A stretch of 64,000 nt of DNA from an uncultured delta proteobacterium (lineage in GTDB: Bacteria > Desulfobacterota > Desulfobacteria > Desulfobacterales > B30-G6). Below the pieces are notes generated by a model, which was not told the origin of the DNA, searched no databases, and was given only the letters and a program-made list of their open reading frames with translations. Positions 18,437 to 29,740 of this stretch are shown here, piece by piece; the stretch's first letter is position 1, and every line of letters begins with the position of its first letter. The translations under genes were made by a program, and so were the position numbers. Location: NCBI GenBank assembly GCA_963823335.1, contig CAWGLD010000008.1, positions 32,001 to 96,000 on the forward strand, read 5' to 3'.

Positions 18437-21241
18437 ATGGATATTATCATTCAGGGGGCAAGACAGCACAATCTCAAAAATATAGATCTGGTGCTGCCGG
18501 GAAACAAGCTCATTGTCATCACCGGTCTTTCCGGCTCCGGGAAATCCTCCCTGGCTTTTGACACGCTCTATGCTGAAGGCCAGCGGCGCTATGTGGAATC
18601 CCTTTCCACATATGCCCGGCAGTTTCTCGAGAGAATGGAAAAGCCAGCCATTGACTCCATTGAAGGACTCTCACCAGCCATCGCCATCGAACAAAAGACC
18701 GGCAGCCACAACCCCAGGTCAACCGTGGGCACCATTACCGAAATCTATGACTATTTCCGACTGCTTTTTGCCCGTGTGGGAACACCCCACTGCCATGAAT
18801 GCGATCAACCGATCTCTTCCCAGACCCTCGACCAGATCGTCGACCAGGTCATGGAACTGCCGGAAAATTCCCGGACCATGATTCTTTCACCGGTGGTGTC
18901 AAAACAGACGGGAACCCATGAAAAATTGCTGAAACAGCTGCGCAAAGAAGGTTTCGCCCGTGTGCGCGTGAACAACGACACGCTCGATATCGAACAGGTG
19001 GAAAGATTAGAACCGTCCCGGCAACACACCATCGACGTGGTTGTGGACCGTCTGGTGATCAAGGAAACTATTCGAAACCGTCTGGCAGATTCTCTGGAGC
19101 TTGCCGCATCCCTGTCCGGTGGACGGGTAACCATCGACATTGCAGACGGTCCGCCGATTTATTACAGTGAAACACCTGTCTGTCTGAACTGTGGCATTCA
19201 TTACCCTGGTTTTTCACCGGCCAGTTTTTCCTTCAATTCGCCCCAGGGCGCCTGCCCCAAATGCGATGGACTGGGTGTGACAAGTGAATTTGACCCTGAT
19301 CTGATTGTCCCCAATCCGTCCCTGTCACTGCGCCAGGGAGCCGTCGCTCTGTGGGCCAATCGTAACTCGGTCCATTTCGCCGAATTTCTGGACGCCCTGA
19401 CCGCTTACTACAGGACAGATATCTACACCCCCTTTGTCGATCTTCCCGACCATTTCAAGCAGATACTGCTATTCGGTTCCGGCGATGAGCAGATTCCCTT
19501 CTATTTTGAGAGAAACAGCCGCAGATTCTCCTACCACAAGGCCTATGAAGGAATCATACCCAATCTCGAAAGACGTTATAAAGAAACCGACTCCAGTGGA
19601 TCACGAGAGGACATCAAACTATACATGAACTTCCGCCCGTGCTCCGAGTGCAAGGGTGCTAAATTGAACCGCGCCAGCCGCTCGGTTAAGATTGGTGCTA
19701 AATCCATTTCCGACATCACGTCTCTTGCGGTTGGAAATGCCCTGGCTTTTTTTGAGACCCTGGCGCTCACCGGAAAAAGAGCAATTATTGCAGACCGCAT
19801 TCTGAGGGAAATCAAGGAAAGACTCGGATTTCTGGCCAATGTCGGTCTCTCCTATCTCACCCTCGACAGGGCCGCCACCACCCTCTCGGGCGGTGAAAGC
19901 CAGCGGATACGGCTCGCCACACAGATTGGATCGAAATTGACCGGTGTTCTGTATGTGCTGGACGAACCGAGCATCGGTCTCCATCAGAGAGACAATCAAC
20001 AACTGTTGTCCGCCTTGTCAAGAATGCGCGATCTCGGCAACACGGTCGTTGTCGTCGAGCATGACGAGGAAACCATACGGCAGGCCGATCACGTGGTGGA
20101 TATGGGGCCCGGTGCCGGTGTCGAAGGTGGAAAGGTCGTATTTACCGGAACGCCCGAAGATCTCGTCTTGTCGGAGACCTCCTTGACCGGACGCTATCTG
20201 TCGGGCAAGAAAACAATTGATGTACCTAAGCGCAGACGCCCAGGCCATGGGACCTGTCTTGTCATCAAGGGGGCTACCCAGAACAATCTTAAAAATATTG
20301 ATGTGACCTTCCCACTGGGACGATTGATCTGTGTCACCGGTGTCTCCGGGTCTGGAAAGTCCTCTCTGGTTCTGGAAACACTCTTTCGCGCACTCTCCCA
20401 AAGACTTTACCACAAAAAAATCAGGGCCGGCAGATTCAGTCAACTCACGGGTCTGGAGCATATCGACAAAGTGATCCATATCGACCAGTCGGCCATCGGC
20501 AGGACACCACGGTCGAATCCGGCCACCTACACGGGTCTGTTTACTTTCATCCGTGAACTTTTCTCCAAGACACCGGAATCCCGGATGAGAGGTTACAAAT
20601 CAGGACGATTCAGTTTCAATGTCAAAGGAGGAAGGTGCGAAGCCTGCAGCGGGGACGGCATCATCAAGATTGAAATGCACTTTCTGCCGGACCTGCACGT
20701 GAAGTGCGATGCCTGCCAGGGGAAGCGCTACAACCGTGAGACCCTCGAGGTTCGTTACAGGGGACAGAACATTGTGGATGTCCTCAATATGACGGTTACC
20801 CAGGCCCTTGGCTTTTTTGACAAAATCGGCAATATCCGCTCAAAACTTCAAACCCTTGCCGATGTGGGTCTGGGATACATCCGGATTGGCCAGCCCGCCA
20901 CGACACTGTCTGGTGGAGAAGCACAACGGGTAAAGCTGGCCAAGGAACTCAGCAAAAAAGGAACCGGCCGCACCCTGTATATTCTGGACGAACCCACCAC
21001 CGGCCTGCATAGCGAAGACATCCGCCATCTGCTGAAAGTGCTGGACCGCTTTGTGGATACCGGAAACACGGTCGTCGTGATCGAGCACAATCTGGATGTC
21101 ATCAAAACAGCCGACACCATCATCGATCTTGGACCGGAAGGCGGGGATGACGGAGGCGAAATCGTTGGTTACGGAACCCCCGAAGAACTGGCCAGAATCG
21201 AAGGCTCCTATACAGGGCGATATCTCAAGGGGAAGCTGTAA
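18437..21241 (+). CDS. uvrA: Excinuclease ABC subunit A
   Basis: Two ABC modules ([25 protein letters not shown] twice) and Zn fingers. Confidence 0.98.
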   Translation: MDIIIQGARQHNLKNIDLVLPGNKLIVITGLSGSGKSSLAFDTLYAEGQRRYVESLSTYARQFLERMEKPAIDSIEGLSPAIAIEQKTGSHNPRSTVGTITEIYDYFRLLFARVGTPHCHECDQPISSQTLDQIVDQVMELPENSRTMILSPVVSKQTGTHEKLLKQLRKEGFARVRVNNDTLDIEQVERLEPSRQHTIDVVVDRLVIKETIRNRLADSLELAASLSGGRVTIDIADGPPIYYSETPVCLNCGIHYPGFSPASFSFNSPQGACPKCDGLGVTSEFDPDLIVPNPSLSLRQGAVALWANRNSVHFAEFLDALTAYYRTDIYTPFVDLPDHFKQILLFGSGDEQIPFYFERNSRRFSYHKAYEGIIPNLERRYKETDSSGSREDIKLYMNFRPCSECKGAKLNRASRSVKIGAKSISDITSLAVGNALAFFETLALTGKRAIIADRILREIKERLGFLANVGLSYLTLDRAATTLSGGESQRIRLATQIGSKLTGVLYVLDEPSIGLHQRDNQQLLSALSRMRDLGNTVVVVEHDEETIRQADHVVDMGPGAGVEGGKVVFTGTPEDLVLSETSLTGRYLSGKKTIDVPKRRRPGHGTCLVIKGATQNNLKNIDVTFPLGRLICVTGVSGSGKSSLVLETLFRALSQRLYHKKIRAGRFSQLTGLEHIDKVIHIDQSAIGRTPRSNPATYTGLFTFIRELFSKTPESRMRGYKSGRFSFNVKGGRCEACSGDGIIKIEMHFLPDLHVKCDACQGKRYNRETLEVRYRGQNIVDVLNMTVTQALGFFDKIGNIRSKLQTLADVGLGYIRIGQPATTLSGGEAQRVKLAKELSKKGTGRTLYILDEPTTGLHSEDIRHLLKVLDRFVDTGNTVVVIEHNLDVIKTADTIIDLGPEGGDDGGEIVGYGTPEELARIEGSYTGRYLKGKL

Positions 21242-21376
21242 TTTAAGGGTTGGGGGGTGATACAAGGGTTGGGGGGTGATACAAGGGGTGGAGGGTGATA
21301 CAAGGGGTGGCTGAAAGCGGATAGCCAATGGCGGCGTCATAGCCTCCCAGCTTCCCAGCACTCCCTAACAGCCTAC

Positions 21377-21418
21377 AAAAAAAAGGCCGCGCTTTAATAA
21401 AGCGCGGCCTTTTTTTTT
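21377..21418. terminator. Bidirectional terminator between uvrA and atpE
   Basis: A-run, GGCCGCGCTTTA-a-TAAAGCGCGGCC, T-run, between convergent genes. Confidence 0.85.
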
Positions 21419-21425
21419 GTGCTTT

Positions 21426-21707
21426 TTATTGACCCAACAGACCTGCGATGGCTCCTGCTTGGGGATGCGCATAAATAAGGATCAAGGCAACGACCAGCGC
21501 GTAAATACAGAGCGATTCGATCATGGCCAGACCGATCAGCAGGGTAACCGTAACCTTACCGGAAGATTCGGGATTTCTGGCAATACCCTCCACGGCGGAT
21601 TTCAATCCAATGCCCTGTCCGATACCACAGCCAAAGGCTGCAATGGCGATTCCGAATCCGGCTGCCGTTACACAGGCGATAAAAAAACTTAATGCAGTTG
21701 CTTCCAT
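21426..21707 (-). CDS. atpE: F0 ATP synthase subunit c
   Basis: GIGQG, ARNPE and IESLCIY motifs. Confidence 0.97.
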   Translation of the reverse strand: MEATALSFFIACVTAAGFGIAIAAFGCGIGQGIGLKSAVEGIARNPESSGKVTVTLLIGLAMIESLCIYALVVALILIYAHPQAGAIAGLLGQ

Positions 21708-21878
21708 ACTTGCTCTACCTCCTTGTTAATGATTAATGATTCGCTTCTTCCATTATCCAAATAAACTCGCTACGCGATTTTATCATGCGCGACCTTGTCG
21801 CTTAAATTATGCTGATGTCTGCCTCTTTTCAAACTGCCCGAACACGTTTTGTACCCGATTTATTCGATATGCACCTGC

Positions 21879-22568
21879 TTAATGGGCATGCTCCATGGCG
21901 GCTGTGAAGTACATCACCGAGAGCAGGAAAAACACAAATGCCTGTACCAGGGCCACGAAGATGCCAAGCGCCATGATGGGCAGAGGCGCGAAATACAGCC
22001 CTGCCAGAGCAAAGAGTATACCCAGCACCAGCTCATGCCCCATCATGTTGCCAAAGAGCCGGAAAGAAAGCGACAGCACCCTGGCAATGTGGCCGATGAG
22101 CTCGATGGGTAAAATAATGGGAACCATCCACCATACAGGGCCCAAAAAATGTTTGATGTAACTGGCGCCATGATATTTGATGCCGATGACATGGGTAAAA
22201 ACCACCACCGTCAAAGCACAGGACACGGTCGTATTGATACTGGCTGTGGGCGGAAAAAATCCCGGTATCAGACCGATCAGGTTGCATGTGGCAATATAGA
22301 TAAAAATCGTGGCGATGATGGGCAGAAGCCAACGCCCTTCATCTCCTGTAATCGTGACGGCAAATTCCTCGAGACCGGAAATGAGGATTTCGAAAAAGTT
22401 CTGGCCTTTGGATGGAATCAAGGTCACGGCCTTTACCCCCAGAAAACCAAAACCGATCAGTATGGCCATGACGATCCAGGTATAGATGACATGGGGATAG
22501 GCGTGTGCAAAGTGACCCAAACCGATAAGCTCAAACAATTTGACGAAAAAAAGATAGGGATGCTCCAT
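21879..22568 (-). CDS. atpB: F0 ATP synthase subunit a
   Basis: PPTASIN, SLSFRLFGNM and VQAFVF motifs. Confidence 0.97.
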   Translation of the reverse strand: MEHPYLFFVKLFELIGLGHFAHAYPHVIYTWIVMAILIGFGFLGVKAVTLIPSKGQNFFEILISGLEEFAVTITGDEGRWLLPIIATIFIYIATCNLIGLIPGFFPPTASINTTVSCALTVVVFTHVIGIKYHGASYIKHFLGPVWWMVPIILPIELIGHIARVLSLSFRLFGNMMGHELVLGILFALAGLYFAPLPIMALGIFVALVQAFVFFLLSVMYFTAAMEHAH

Positions 22569-22570
22569 CC

Positions 22571-22957
22571 TTAGAATGCCTCCTTCATTATTAGTTTGCC
22601 TACTTCAAGAATCGTAGCCATGAAAATGCTCGCAACCACAACGGAAAGCCCGACAAAAAGACCCAGCGGCGCAACATAGTGCCCCTGGATGAGAAACAAC
22701 AGAATGATACCGCTCACAAAAAATCGAAAATAGTATTTTGCCAGAACAACATTGTGGGAAGAGAGATGGGGTGGCGTCAAGGCCTTTTTCAGCGTCCGGG
22801 ACAGCAGGTGAAAATTGATGGTCACGATCAGGCCACCGTAAAGGATACCCTTGGCAAAATCAATGGGCAGAAACGCCAGACCGAGTGAGCTCGCCACTAC
22901 CAGCAGCACCCAGTTCGTTCGCGTCACAAACTTGAGTATTCTTTCCTGAATTTTCAC
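22571..22957 (-). CDS. atpI: ATP synthase subunit I-like membrane protein
   Basis: Four TM segments, directly upstream of atpB; GTG start at 22957 inferred. Confidence 0.75.
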   Translation of the reverse strand: MKIQERILKFVTRTNWVLLVVASSLGLAFLPIDFAKGILYGGLIVTINFHLLSRTLKKALTPPHLSSHNVVLAKYYFRFFVSGIILLFLIQGHYVAPLGLFVGLSVVVASIFMATILEVGKLIMKEAF

Positions 22958-22979
22958 AATAAAAAAACCGTAAAACCGT

Positions 22980-23198
22980 TTACAAATTTCGACTTTTTTT
23001 AATGGCAAGACCAATATTCCGATACGCCGCTGCAATACCGGCAGCCAGAAAAATAAGTGTCAACCAGGGTGATGTATCAAACTTTCCATCCAGCCAGACA
23101 CCGATGCCGAGACCAATGAAAATGGAAAGCGCCACAGAGAGCCCCAGACTACTGTAGTAGGCCATTTCCCGTATGGACCGGTATGTCTCCTTTTTCAT
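22980..23198 (-). CDS. AtpZ/AtpI-family protein
   Basis: G.G.WLD..F.TSPW motif; first gene of the F0 block. Confidence 0.85.
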   Translation of the reverse strand: MKKETYRSIREMAYYSSLGLSVALSIFIGLGIGVWLDGKFDTSPWLTLIFLAAGIAAAYRNIGLAIKKSRNL

Positions 23199-23417
23199 GA
23201 AAAAGAACGCTTTCCCTGATGGTCAGAAGTCTTGTCTGCTCACAAAATTCGACTTAAACGACCTAACATAGGCACCGGGGCAAGTCAAACCAAAAATAAA
23301 TTCGCACGGCGAATTTATCTGGTGCCGCTTTGCGGCACAGGCACTCCCTATTTCAATACCACAAGGTCTTTTGTTCGTCATGGACATTTTGTACGAAATT
23401 TGTCCTTTGAATGACAC

Positions 23418-23501
23418 TCGCCCTACGGGCTGTCATTAGCACTTCGTGCGAAATTCGTCCTTTGGACGTCATTAGCGCTTGCGCGCGTCATTTATTGTCG
23501 C
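23418..23501. repeat. Mini-hairpin array repeat (family B), copy 1
   Basis: GCCC-tac-GGGC, GCAC-ttc-GTGC, GTCC-ttt-GGAC and a GCGC/GCGC stem with 7-8-nt linkers; other copies at 61660-61757 and 62184-62265. Confidence 0.75.
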
Positions 23502-23580
23502 CGATAGCTGATAGCTACCTTCCACCCTTCCAAACCTCCACCCCTTTCACCCTTGGGTTTTCCCCTGAAACCCTCCAACC

Positions 23581-24393
23581 CTAAATTTGTATTTGCCCTG
23601 CCTCAAACACCGGCCCATCCATACAGGCATGCAGGTATTGTTCCTTGGAATCGCGTTTCTCAACGGCACAACCCAGGCAGGCACCCATACCACAGGCCAT
23701 CATGGTTTCGACAGAAACCTGGCACGGGATGCCGTCCTTTCTGGAGATGGCCATCACTTCCCGCAACATAGGCATGGGCCCGCATGCAAACAATATTTCC
23801 GGCTTCTGCTGTCTCAGGCTTTCTCTCAGCGGCTGCGTAACCAGACACTGACTGCCGGCGCTGCCATCATCGGTGGTCACCATCAACTGTATGCCCAGAT
23901 GTTCGAATATCTCAAGGCATAACAGATCCCCGCAGGACCTGCCACCGATAAACAGGTTGATCTGTGAACCGGAATAACCCTGCCGCATCAAGTGCTTGGC
24001 TAAAAAAACAAGTGGCGCAATACCAATGCCCCCGGCCACCATGTGAACACGACGGAACTCCCCTCTGGTGGAAAATCCCCGCCCCAGAGGCCCGAGAACA
24101 TCCATCATATCACCGCTGCCGCTCATGGAAAGCGCCTGCGTGCCCTTGCCGATGATTTTATACAGGATATCAAACCCGGTGACACGCGTCCCTTCCATGA
24201 TCAAATCATGGATCGAAAACGGTCTTCGGAGCATGGGAGAGGTCTGCCCTGCCAGACGAACCATAACAAACTGCCCGGGCAAGGCATCCTGATACACCTG
24301 GTCACAGGCAATACGCATCCGAAAGTATCCCGGGCAAATTTCCCGGTTCGATAAAATCCGCGACATTGACAACCGTGTTTCCGTGCGGGTCAT
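23581..24393 (-). CDS. pyrK: Dihydroorotate dehydrogenase electron transfer subunit
   Basis: PGQFVM, LRRPFSI, AGGIGIAP, CGP.PM and MACGMGACLGC...C.DGPVF motifs. Confidence 0.9.
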   Translation of the reverse strand: MTRTETRLSMSRILSNREICPGYFRMRIACDQVYQDALPGQFVMVRLAGQTSPMLRRPFSIHDLIMEGTRVTGFDILYKIIGKGTQALSMSGSGDMMDVLGPLGRGFSTRGEFRRVHMVAGGIGIAPLVFLAKHLMRQGYSGSQINLFIGGRSCGDLLCLEIFEHLGIQLMVTTDDGSAGSQCLVTQPLRESLRQQKPEILFACGPMPMLREVMAISRKDGIPCQVSVETMMACGMGACLGCAVEKRDSKEQYLHACMDGPVFEAGQIQI

Positions 24394-24528
24394 CGTCAGG
24401 GTCCTCCTATATGCTTTTCCCGGTGGTTTGGCATAAACGTTTCAAGAACCTCGCAGCATGCGAAGCACTGCCGAACGGCAGAACCTGCGGGGAATGCGCT
24501 CGCTGTTGCGCTTCAAGAAGTCCTGCAT

Positions 24529-25317
24529 TTATCCCATCTGTAATTCATCTTTTCGGCGCTCCCTCAACTGGATAGCGGCTGCAAAACGGCCGGTAATCTT
24601 ATTTGCCCGATAAGAATAATAATGGTCTGCCCTGCATCGGGTACAGATGCCGCTGACATGGATGTTTCCCGGCAAAACGCCTTCCAGTAGCAGTTGTTCT
24701 TTGCTGAGGGCCCATAAATCGAACCGATTCCGCCGGTCTTTGTGATGCCAGTACATCTCGGGTATCTCCTGGGCGAAATTGACGAATTCCGCGCAGCATG
24801 GTCCCAGGGAAGGACTGATACCGACCCGCAGATCCTCAGGAGCACAACCGAACCGGCGCTGCATTTCCGTGATGGTATGGCAAAGGATATGGTTGACGTT
24901 CCCCCGCCATCCTACGTGTACGTTGGCAATAACGCTCTTAACCGGGTCCACCATCATTACGGCCTGGCAATCGGCGACCAGAACCACCAGGGCCACACCC
25001 GGAATGTTCGTTATCATGGCATCACCGGTGCCGACATGCAATGTTTCCGGCAGCCCCCCGGAAAAGCTTTGTCGGCCTACAGTCAAGACCTGTGTGCCAT
25101 GAACCTGATTTAAAAAAGCCAGACATGGGGCCTGCATGTGTTTCAGGAGAATACGCCGGTTTTTTTGAACCGCGCCGTTATCGTCACCTACGCCCATACT
25201 GAGGTTCAGACTCGCGAAGTCACCCCGGCTGCAGCCACCGTGCCGGGGAAAAATATCATGCTGAATACCCTCAATTGCCGAGAGATTTGTAAGTTTCAAG
25301 GTCTCCATGGTTCTCAC
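24529..25317 (-). CDS. pgeF: PgeF/YfiH laccase-domain protein
   Basis: SLNL, QVHG, ADC, HVGWRG, GPCC and YYSYR motifs. Confidence 0.9.
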   Translation of the reverse strand: MRTMETLKLTNLSAIEGIQHDIFPRHGGCSRGDFASLNLSMGVGDDNGAVQKNRRILLKHMQAPCLAFLNQVHGTQVLTVGRQSFSGGLPETLHVGTGDAMITNIPGVALVVLVADCQAVMMVDPVKSVIANVHVGWRGNVNHILCHTITEMQRRFGCAPEDLRVGISPSLGPCCAEFVNFAQEIPEMYWHHKDRRNRFDLWALSKEQLLLEGVLPGNIHVSGICTRCRADHYYSYRANKITGRFAAAIQLRERRKDELQMG

Positions 25318-26180
25318 ATGGCCCGGGCGAGTGTCAGGATATCCACTGCTTCAGCCCCTTCCTTTAAAAGTATTTTTGCACATTCATCGACCGTGGCACC
25401 CGTGGTATATACGTCATCCACGAGCAGAATCCTTTTCTTTAGAATTGAGTGCGGTGCGACTATTTCGAATGCGCCTTTCACGTTTCTCAGACGGTCCCTG
25501 CGACCCAGACCTGTCTGGGGCAGTGTGGATCTTCTGCGTCGCAGCACCCCTCTTTCCACCACGGGAAACATCGGCAGGGCTCCTTGCCATCTGCGATTCC
25601 TCCAATGCTTGATGGCCAGATAAACCTGATTGAATCCCCTTTTTCGAAGCCGTTGCCCATACAACGGTACCGGCACAACCACATCCATGGGTCTGTCATG
25701 CCAGAAGTGATGGTAAGTGTTCAACAACAAAATGGACAGCGGTGCGGCCATACCCACTTTTTCACCATACTTGAAGTGGTGAATAACTGCCATTAACGCC
25801 TGGTCGTAAACACCCACGGCTCTTGCCATACCAAAAGATCGTCTGGCGTCGAGACATTCCCCACAAACATGGTCCGTCCCTTCCCGGCTTTTGAACATAA
25901 TGCCGCAGCAGGTACAACACGGTGAGTGGACAGGGGTAAACTGTTGTGAACAGGCAGGGCAGACATAGGACGCCATCAGTCTGCCGAAAAGAGCGGCCGA
26001 TGGCGGCGCCTGGATCGTTTCATTGAAGGAAACACCGATTTTAAGGGAATCGTTCCAGCCGGACCGCGGTGGATAAAATTGTCCGCACACCAGACAGGTC
26101 AAGGGAAACAGGGCTTCCTTGAAAGCAATCCATACACGCACGAGCGCCCTGCGATATGCGTCGGTGATATCCAGACTCAT
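25314..26180 (-). CDS. comF: ComF-family phosphoribosyltransferase with double zinc ribbon
   Basis: CxxC pairs, PVPL, RGFNQ and LLVDDVYTTGAT motifs. Confidence 0.9.
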   Translation of the reverse strand: MSLDITDAYRRALVRVWIAFKEALFPLTCLVCGQFYPPRSGWNDSLKIGVSFNETIQAPPSAALFGRLMASYVCPACSQQFTPVHSPCCTCCGIMFKSREGTDHVCGECLDARRSFGMARAVGVYDQALMAVIHHFKYGEKVGMAAPLSILLLNTYHHFWHDRPMDVVVPVPLYGQRLRKRGFNQVYLAIKHWRNRRWQGALPMFPVVERGVLRRRRSTLPQTGLGRRDRLRNVKGAFEIVAPHSILKKRILLVDDVYTTGATVDECAKILLKEGAEAVDILTLARAM

Positions 26181-26197
26181 AAAATCGATCTGATGAA

Positions 26198-27403
26198 CTA
26201 CAGCGATTGAATGATCGCATTGGCAAATTCAGAGCAGGCCACTTTCCTGGCACCGGATATCTGCCGAGCCAGGTCATAGGTGACAATTCTCTGCTGTATT
26301 GTCAAGCGCAGCGCCGTTCTGATGGCAGTGGCGGCCTCGTTCCACCCCAGATAATCGAGCATCATGGCACCGGATAGAATCAGGGAACTCGGATTGACCT
26401 TGTCCTGTCCTGCATATTTGGGCGCGGTACCATGGGTTGCCTCAAATACAGCGCACAAGTCCCCGATGTTGGCACCCGGTGCCATCCCCAGGCCACCCAC
26501 CTGCGCTGCCAGAGCATCGGAAATGTAGTCCCCGTTCAGGTTGGGCGTTGCAATGACATCAAACTCATCCGGGCGAAGCAGTACCTGCTGAAACAGCATA
26601 TCTGCAATCCGGTCTTTGATGATAACCTTGCCCTCCGGTCGCCGGCCGTCATAGTTATCGTAGAGGTCCTTTTCGGTGATGACGGTATCTCCAAATCTTT
26701 CTCTGGCAACCTCGTAACCCCATTTCATGAAGGCGCCTTCTGTAAATTTCATGATGTTGCCCTTATGCATGAGGGTAACGGATGCCAGTTGATGGTCTAT
26801 GGCATGGGCAATGGCCCGGGCAACCAGGCGCTTGGTGTTTTCTTCGCTGATGGGTTTGATACCGATCCCGGTGTGGCCTTTTAGGGTCACACCCATTTCC
26901 TGTGATAAAAACGCCATCACCCGTTCGGTGTCCTTGCTTCCGGCCTCCCATTCGATTCCCGCGTAAAGATCTTCGGTGTTCTCTCTGAAAACCACCATGT
27001 CGATTTTTTCAGGATGTTTCATGGGGCTCGGAACCGTATCGATGTAAACAACCGGTCGAACACAGGCGTACAGGTCCAGCATCTGACGGATAGCGACGTT
27101 CACACTTCGAATGCCTTCCCCGACAGGCGTCGTCAAGGGTCCCTTGATGGCTACCACATGATCCTTGATGGTATCGAGTGTCTCCTGCGGCAGCCATTCA
27201 CCTGTCTTGTGGAACCCTTTTTCACCCGCATAGACTTCCTTCCATACAATCTTTCGACTGGATTTGTACGCTTTTGCCACGGCCATGTCCATGACGTCTT
27301 TTGCCGCCCGCCATATATCCGGCCCGATGCCGTCACCTTCGATAAACGGAATCACAGGCGTATCAGGTACATTCAGTTTGTTGTCTGTCAATGTGATTTT
27401 CAT
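26198..27403 (-). CDS. icd: Isocitrate dehydrogenase (E. coli type)
   Basis: [35 protein letters not shown] and [12 protein letters not shown] motifs. Confidence 0.96.
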   Translation of the reverse strand: MKITLTDNKLNVPDTPVIPFIEGDGIGPDIWRAAKDVMDMAVAKAYKSSRKIVWKEVYAGEKGFHKTGEWLPQETLDTIKDHVVAIKGPLTTPVGEGIRSVNVAIRQMLDLYACVRPVVYIDTVPSPMKHPEKIDMVVFRENTEDLYAGIEWEAGSKDTERVMAFLSQEMGVTLKGHTGIGIKPISEENTKRLVARAIAHAIDHQLASVTLMHKGNIMKFTEGAFMKWGYEVARERFGDTVITEKDLYDNYDGRRPEGKVIIKDRIADMLFQQVLLRPDEFDVIATPNLNGDYISDALAAQVGGLGMAPGANIGDLCAVFEATHGTAPKYAGQDKVNPSSLILSGAMMLDYLGWNEAATAIRTALRLTIQQRIVTYDLARQISGARKVACSEFANAIIQSL

Positions 27404-27438
27404 GCTCTCCCCGATCTCAATAGGTGTTGTTATCGTAG

Positions 27439-28173
27439 CTATCCGAATTCTCTCTGCCGATAGGTCTCATACATCACCACGCCGCCGGCTACCGAAGCGT
27501 TCAGCGAATCGACGTCGCCAACCTGGGGGATGGCGATCATCAGATCACAGTGTTTTTTTACCAGCGGACGGATCCCCTTTTCTTCACTGCCGATGACCAG
27601 CGCCATCGGGCCGGTCAGATCGCTGCTATAAATGCTTTGACCCGTATGCTTGTCGAGCCCTGCAACCCAGAGCCCTGATTCTTTGAGGGTCTTTATGGTT
27701 GATACCATATTTGTAACGCGGGTCAAGGAAATATGCTCCATGGTGCCGGCCGATGCCTTGGAAACAGCAGGCGTGGGCTGCGCGGAGCGGTCCTTGGTTA
27801 TGATCACACCGTCCAGTCCTGCACAAAATGCCGTTCGGAGCAAGGCACCGAGGTTGTGGGGGTCGACAATATGATCCAGCAGCAATAAAAAGGGCTTGCC
27901 GCCCTGGGCTGTCTTGGTGAGCCGGAAAAGGTCGCTCCAGACATAGGGGCCGGCCGATGCACAAATACCCTGGTGAGCGTCGGTAGCGGACATGGATTCG
28001 ATTCTTCCCATGGGAACCCGCTTGATGGGAACATGGGCGGCCTCAGCCAGAAAGACCACCTCCTCAGCCCTGGAAGATGATTTGCCCGTCGGCAGATATA
28101 TCTCAAGCAATTCTCGTTTGCCTGCGCGGAGCGCTTCTCTCACCGGATGATATCCGTATAGAATTTCCACCAT
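27439..28173 (-). CDS. rlmB: 23S rRNA (G2251) 2'-O-methyltransferase
   Basis: HQG, DPHNLGA..R, KASAG, GSE..G and SLNASVA motifs. Confidence 0.9.
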   Translation of the reverse strand: MVEILYGYHPVREALRAGKRELLEIYLPTGKSSSRAEEVVFLAEAAHVPIKRVPMGRIESMSATDAHQGICASAGPYVWSDLFRLTKTAQGGKPFLLLLDHIVDPHNLGALLRTAFCAGLDGVIITKDRSAQPTPAVSKASAGTMEHISLTRVTNMVSTIKTLKESGLWVAGLDKHTGQSIYSSDLTGPMALVIGSEEKGIRPLVKKHCDLMIAIPQVGDVDSLNASVAGGVVMYETYRQREFG

Positions 28174-28198
28174 TATAACTCCCTAGTGCCGGAGCCGA

Positions 28199-28801
28199 TC
28201 AGATCAGGGCTTTGCTGTTGCGATATTTTTCGACAAGACGGATGAGTTTTTCGATAGCTGTAGAGAGATCGTCATTGACGATCACATGACGGTAAATCGA
28301 TATTCTGGCGATCTCTTTTTTGGCATTTCTCAGACGCTTTTCAATGGTCTGGGGATCTTCTGTCCCCCGATTTATCAGTCGTTGTTTTAAAATTTCCAGC
28401 GAGGGTGCCATGATGAAAATGGTAACGGCATCAGGGTATCGTTCCAGAATCTGCAGTGTTCCCTGGACATCGATGTCGAGTAGAATATCATGACCGCCTG
28501 CAAGCGCCTTTTCCAGATTTTTTGCGGAGGTACCGTAATAATGACCGTGAACCTCCGCCCACTCCGCCCAGCAACCTTTGTCGCGCATGTCGAGGAATTC
28601 ATTCTCGTCTGTGAAATGATAGTCGATACCGTCTTTTTCACCCTGACGTGGTTTTCGTGTGGTGTGAGAAACAGAGTACTGAATGTCGGCATGGGCACCC
28701 TGCAGCGCCCTGCAGAGCGTGCTTTTCCCAGCCCCGGACGGTGCAGAAACCACAAATAGATGTCCCTTGCGATAACCCGTCCCAGTCCTTTCTGATACCA
28801 T
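28199..28801 (-). CDS. gmk: Guanylate kinase
   Basis: SAPSGAGKST, SHTTR.PR.GE, YYGT and DIDVQG motifs; start 28801 inferred. Confidence 0.95.
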   Translation of the reverse strand: MVSERTGTGYRKGHLFVVSAPSGAGKSTLCRALQGAHADIQYSVSHTTRKPRQGEKDGIDYHFTDENEFLDMRDKGCWAEWAEVHGHYYGTSAKNLEKALAGGHDILLDIDVQGTLQILERYPDAVTIFIMAPSLEILKQRLINRGTEDPQTIEKRLRNAKKEIARISIYRHVIVNDDLSTAIEKLIRLVEKYRNSKALI

Positions 28802-28910
28802 GTTTTCCACCTGATACCCACTCCTCCAGCAACTACCCGGACCCAAAGGACCCAGCCCAGATTAACCCTAAAAGGGTTCACTTTTGGAAATATTCGGTCC
28901 TTAAAAATAC

Positions 28911-29269
28911 GGCTCTTCTCCCAATTAGTTGGGAGAAAGGGTTCTAGGAGTCGAGGATTCAAGGATCCAAGTGTTTGTTTTCCAGGGATTTGATTAACGC
29001 TTTCAGCATTCTATCTCTATGGTCGTTTTTCTCCCGTATCCCTCGGCGATATTCGATGGTATGGAAACAGCAGATCTTCTGATTTGGGAGGTCAAACCAT
29101 ATATTTCATCCTTTGGAAAACCTTTCGTGATTTTATAAATATGCAAACAAAGGGCGTACGATTTCTGCCAAACGTTTAACTCTTTATAATTTTTAAGCAT
29201 ATCACTTGAATCCTGGAATCCTGGACTCCTTGAATCCTTCTTTTAGATCAACTCTTTTGGAGATGATCC
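28911..29269. mobile_element. Non-autonomous TIR element, copy 2, with 8-bp target duplication AAAAATAC
   Basis: AAAAATAC|GGCTCTTCTCCCAA ... TTTGGAGATGATCC|AAAAATAC; inserted between remA and gmk. Confidence 0.85.
28959..29200 (-). pseudogene. Four-helix-bundle protein (23S rRNA IVP / S23 / Avd-like family), internally deleted
   Basis: MLKNYKELNVWQKS...FPKDEIYGLTSQIRRSAVSIPSNIAEGYGRKTT is the family signature. It then jumps out of frame to the C-terminal helix RMLKALIKSLENKHLDP*. Confidence 0.85.
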
Positions 29270-29344
29270 AAAAATACTAAATTGAAATATCGAAATGCGA
29301 AATAAAAGCGGCAACGCCGCGTCAGATAAATTCGTGCAACGAAT

Positions 29345-29596
29345 TTATTCTTCTTTTAGCGTCGCATAGCGCTGGGAGATCGTTTCCGCCTGTATGGCGG
29401 ACAGGACAATGTGATTGCTGTCCATGATAATAACTGCCCGGGTTCTGCGACCATGAGTCGCATCGATCAGTCGCCGGTCTTCCTTGGCCTCGTCTTTGAG
29501 TCGCTTCATGGGAGCTGAATTGGGCGCCACAATACTCACAACCCTTTCCGCCACTACCGTGTTGCCAAATCCGATGTTCAATAAAGCTTTTTCCAT
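29345..29596 (-). CDS. remA: DUF370 / RemA-family protein
   Basis: [25 protein letters not shown] and LSAIQ.ET motifs. Confidence 0.92.
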   Translation of the reverse strand: MEKALLNIGFGNTVVAERVVSIVAPNSAPMKRLKDEAKEDRRLIDATHGRRTRAVIIMDSNHIVLSAIQAETISQRYATLKEE

Positions 29597-29740
29597 ACCC
29601 CTCCTAAACCCGGATTGACCGGAAGAAAAGATCTATTAACACGAAAACACGAAAGGTCGAAATCACAAAAAAAACAAATAAATTCCGAGATACCAAATAA
29701 GTGGCGAAGCCACGTCAGATAATATCGCGCAACGATATTA

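Noticed and set aside
28959-29200. Diversity-generating retroelement, suggested by the Avd-like fold
   Set aside because: No reverse transcriptase and no TR/VR pair with adenine-specific mismatches seen in the window.
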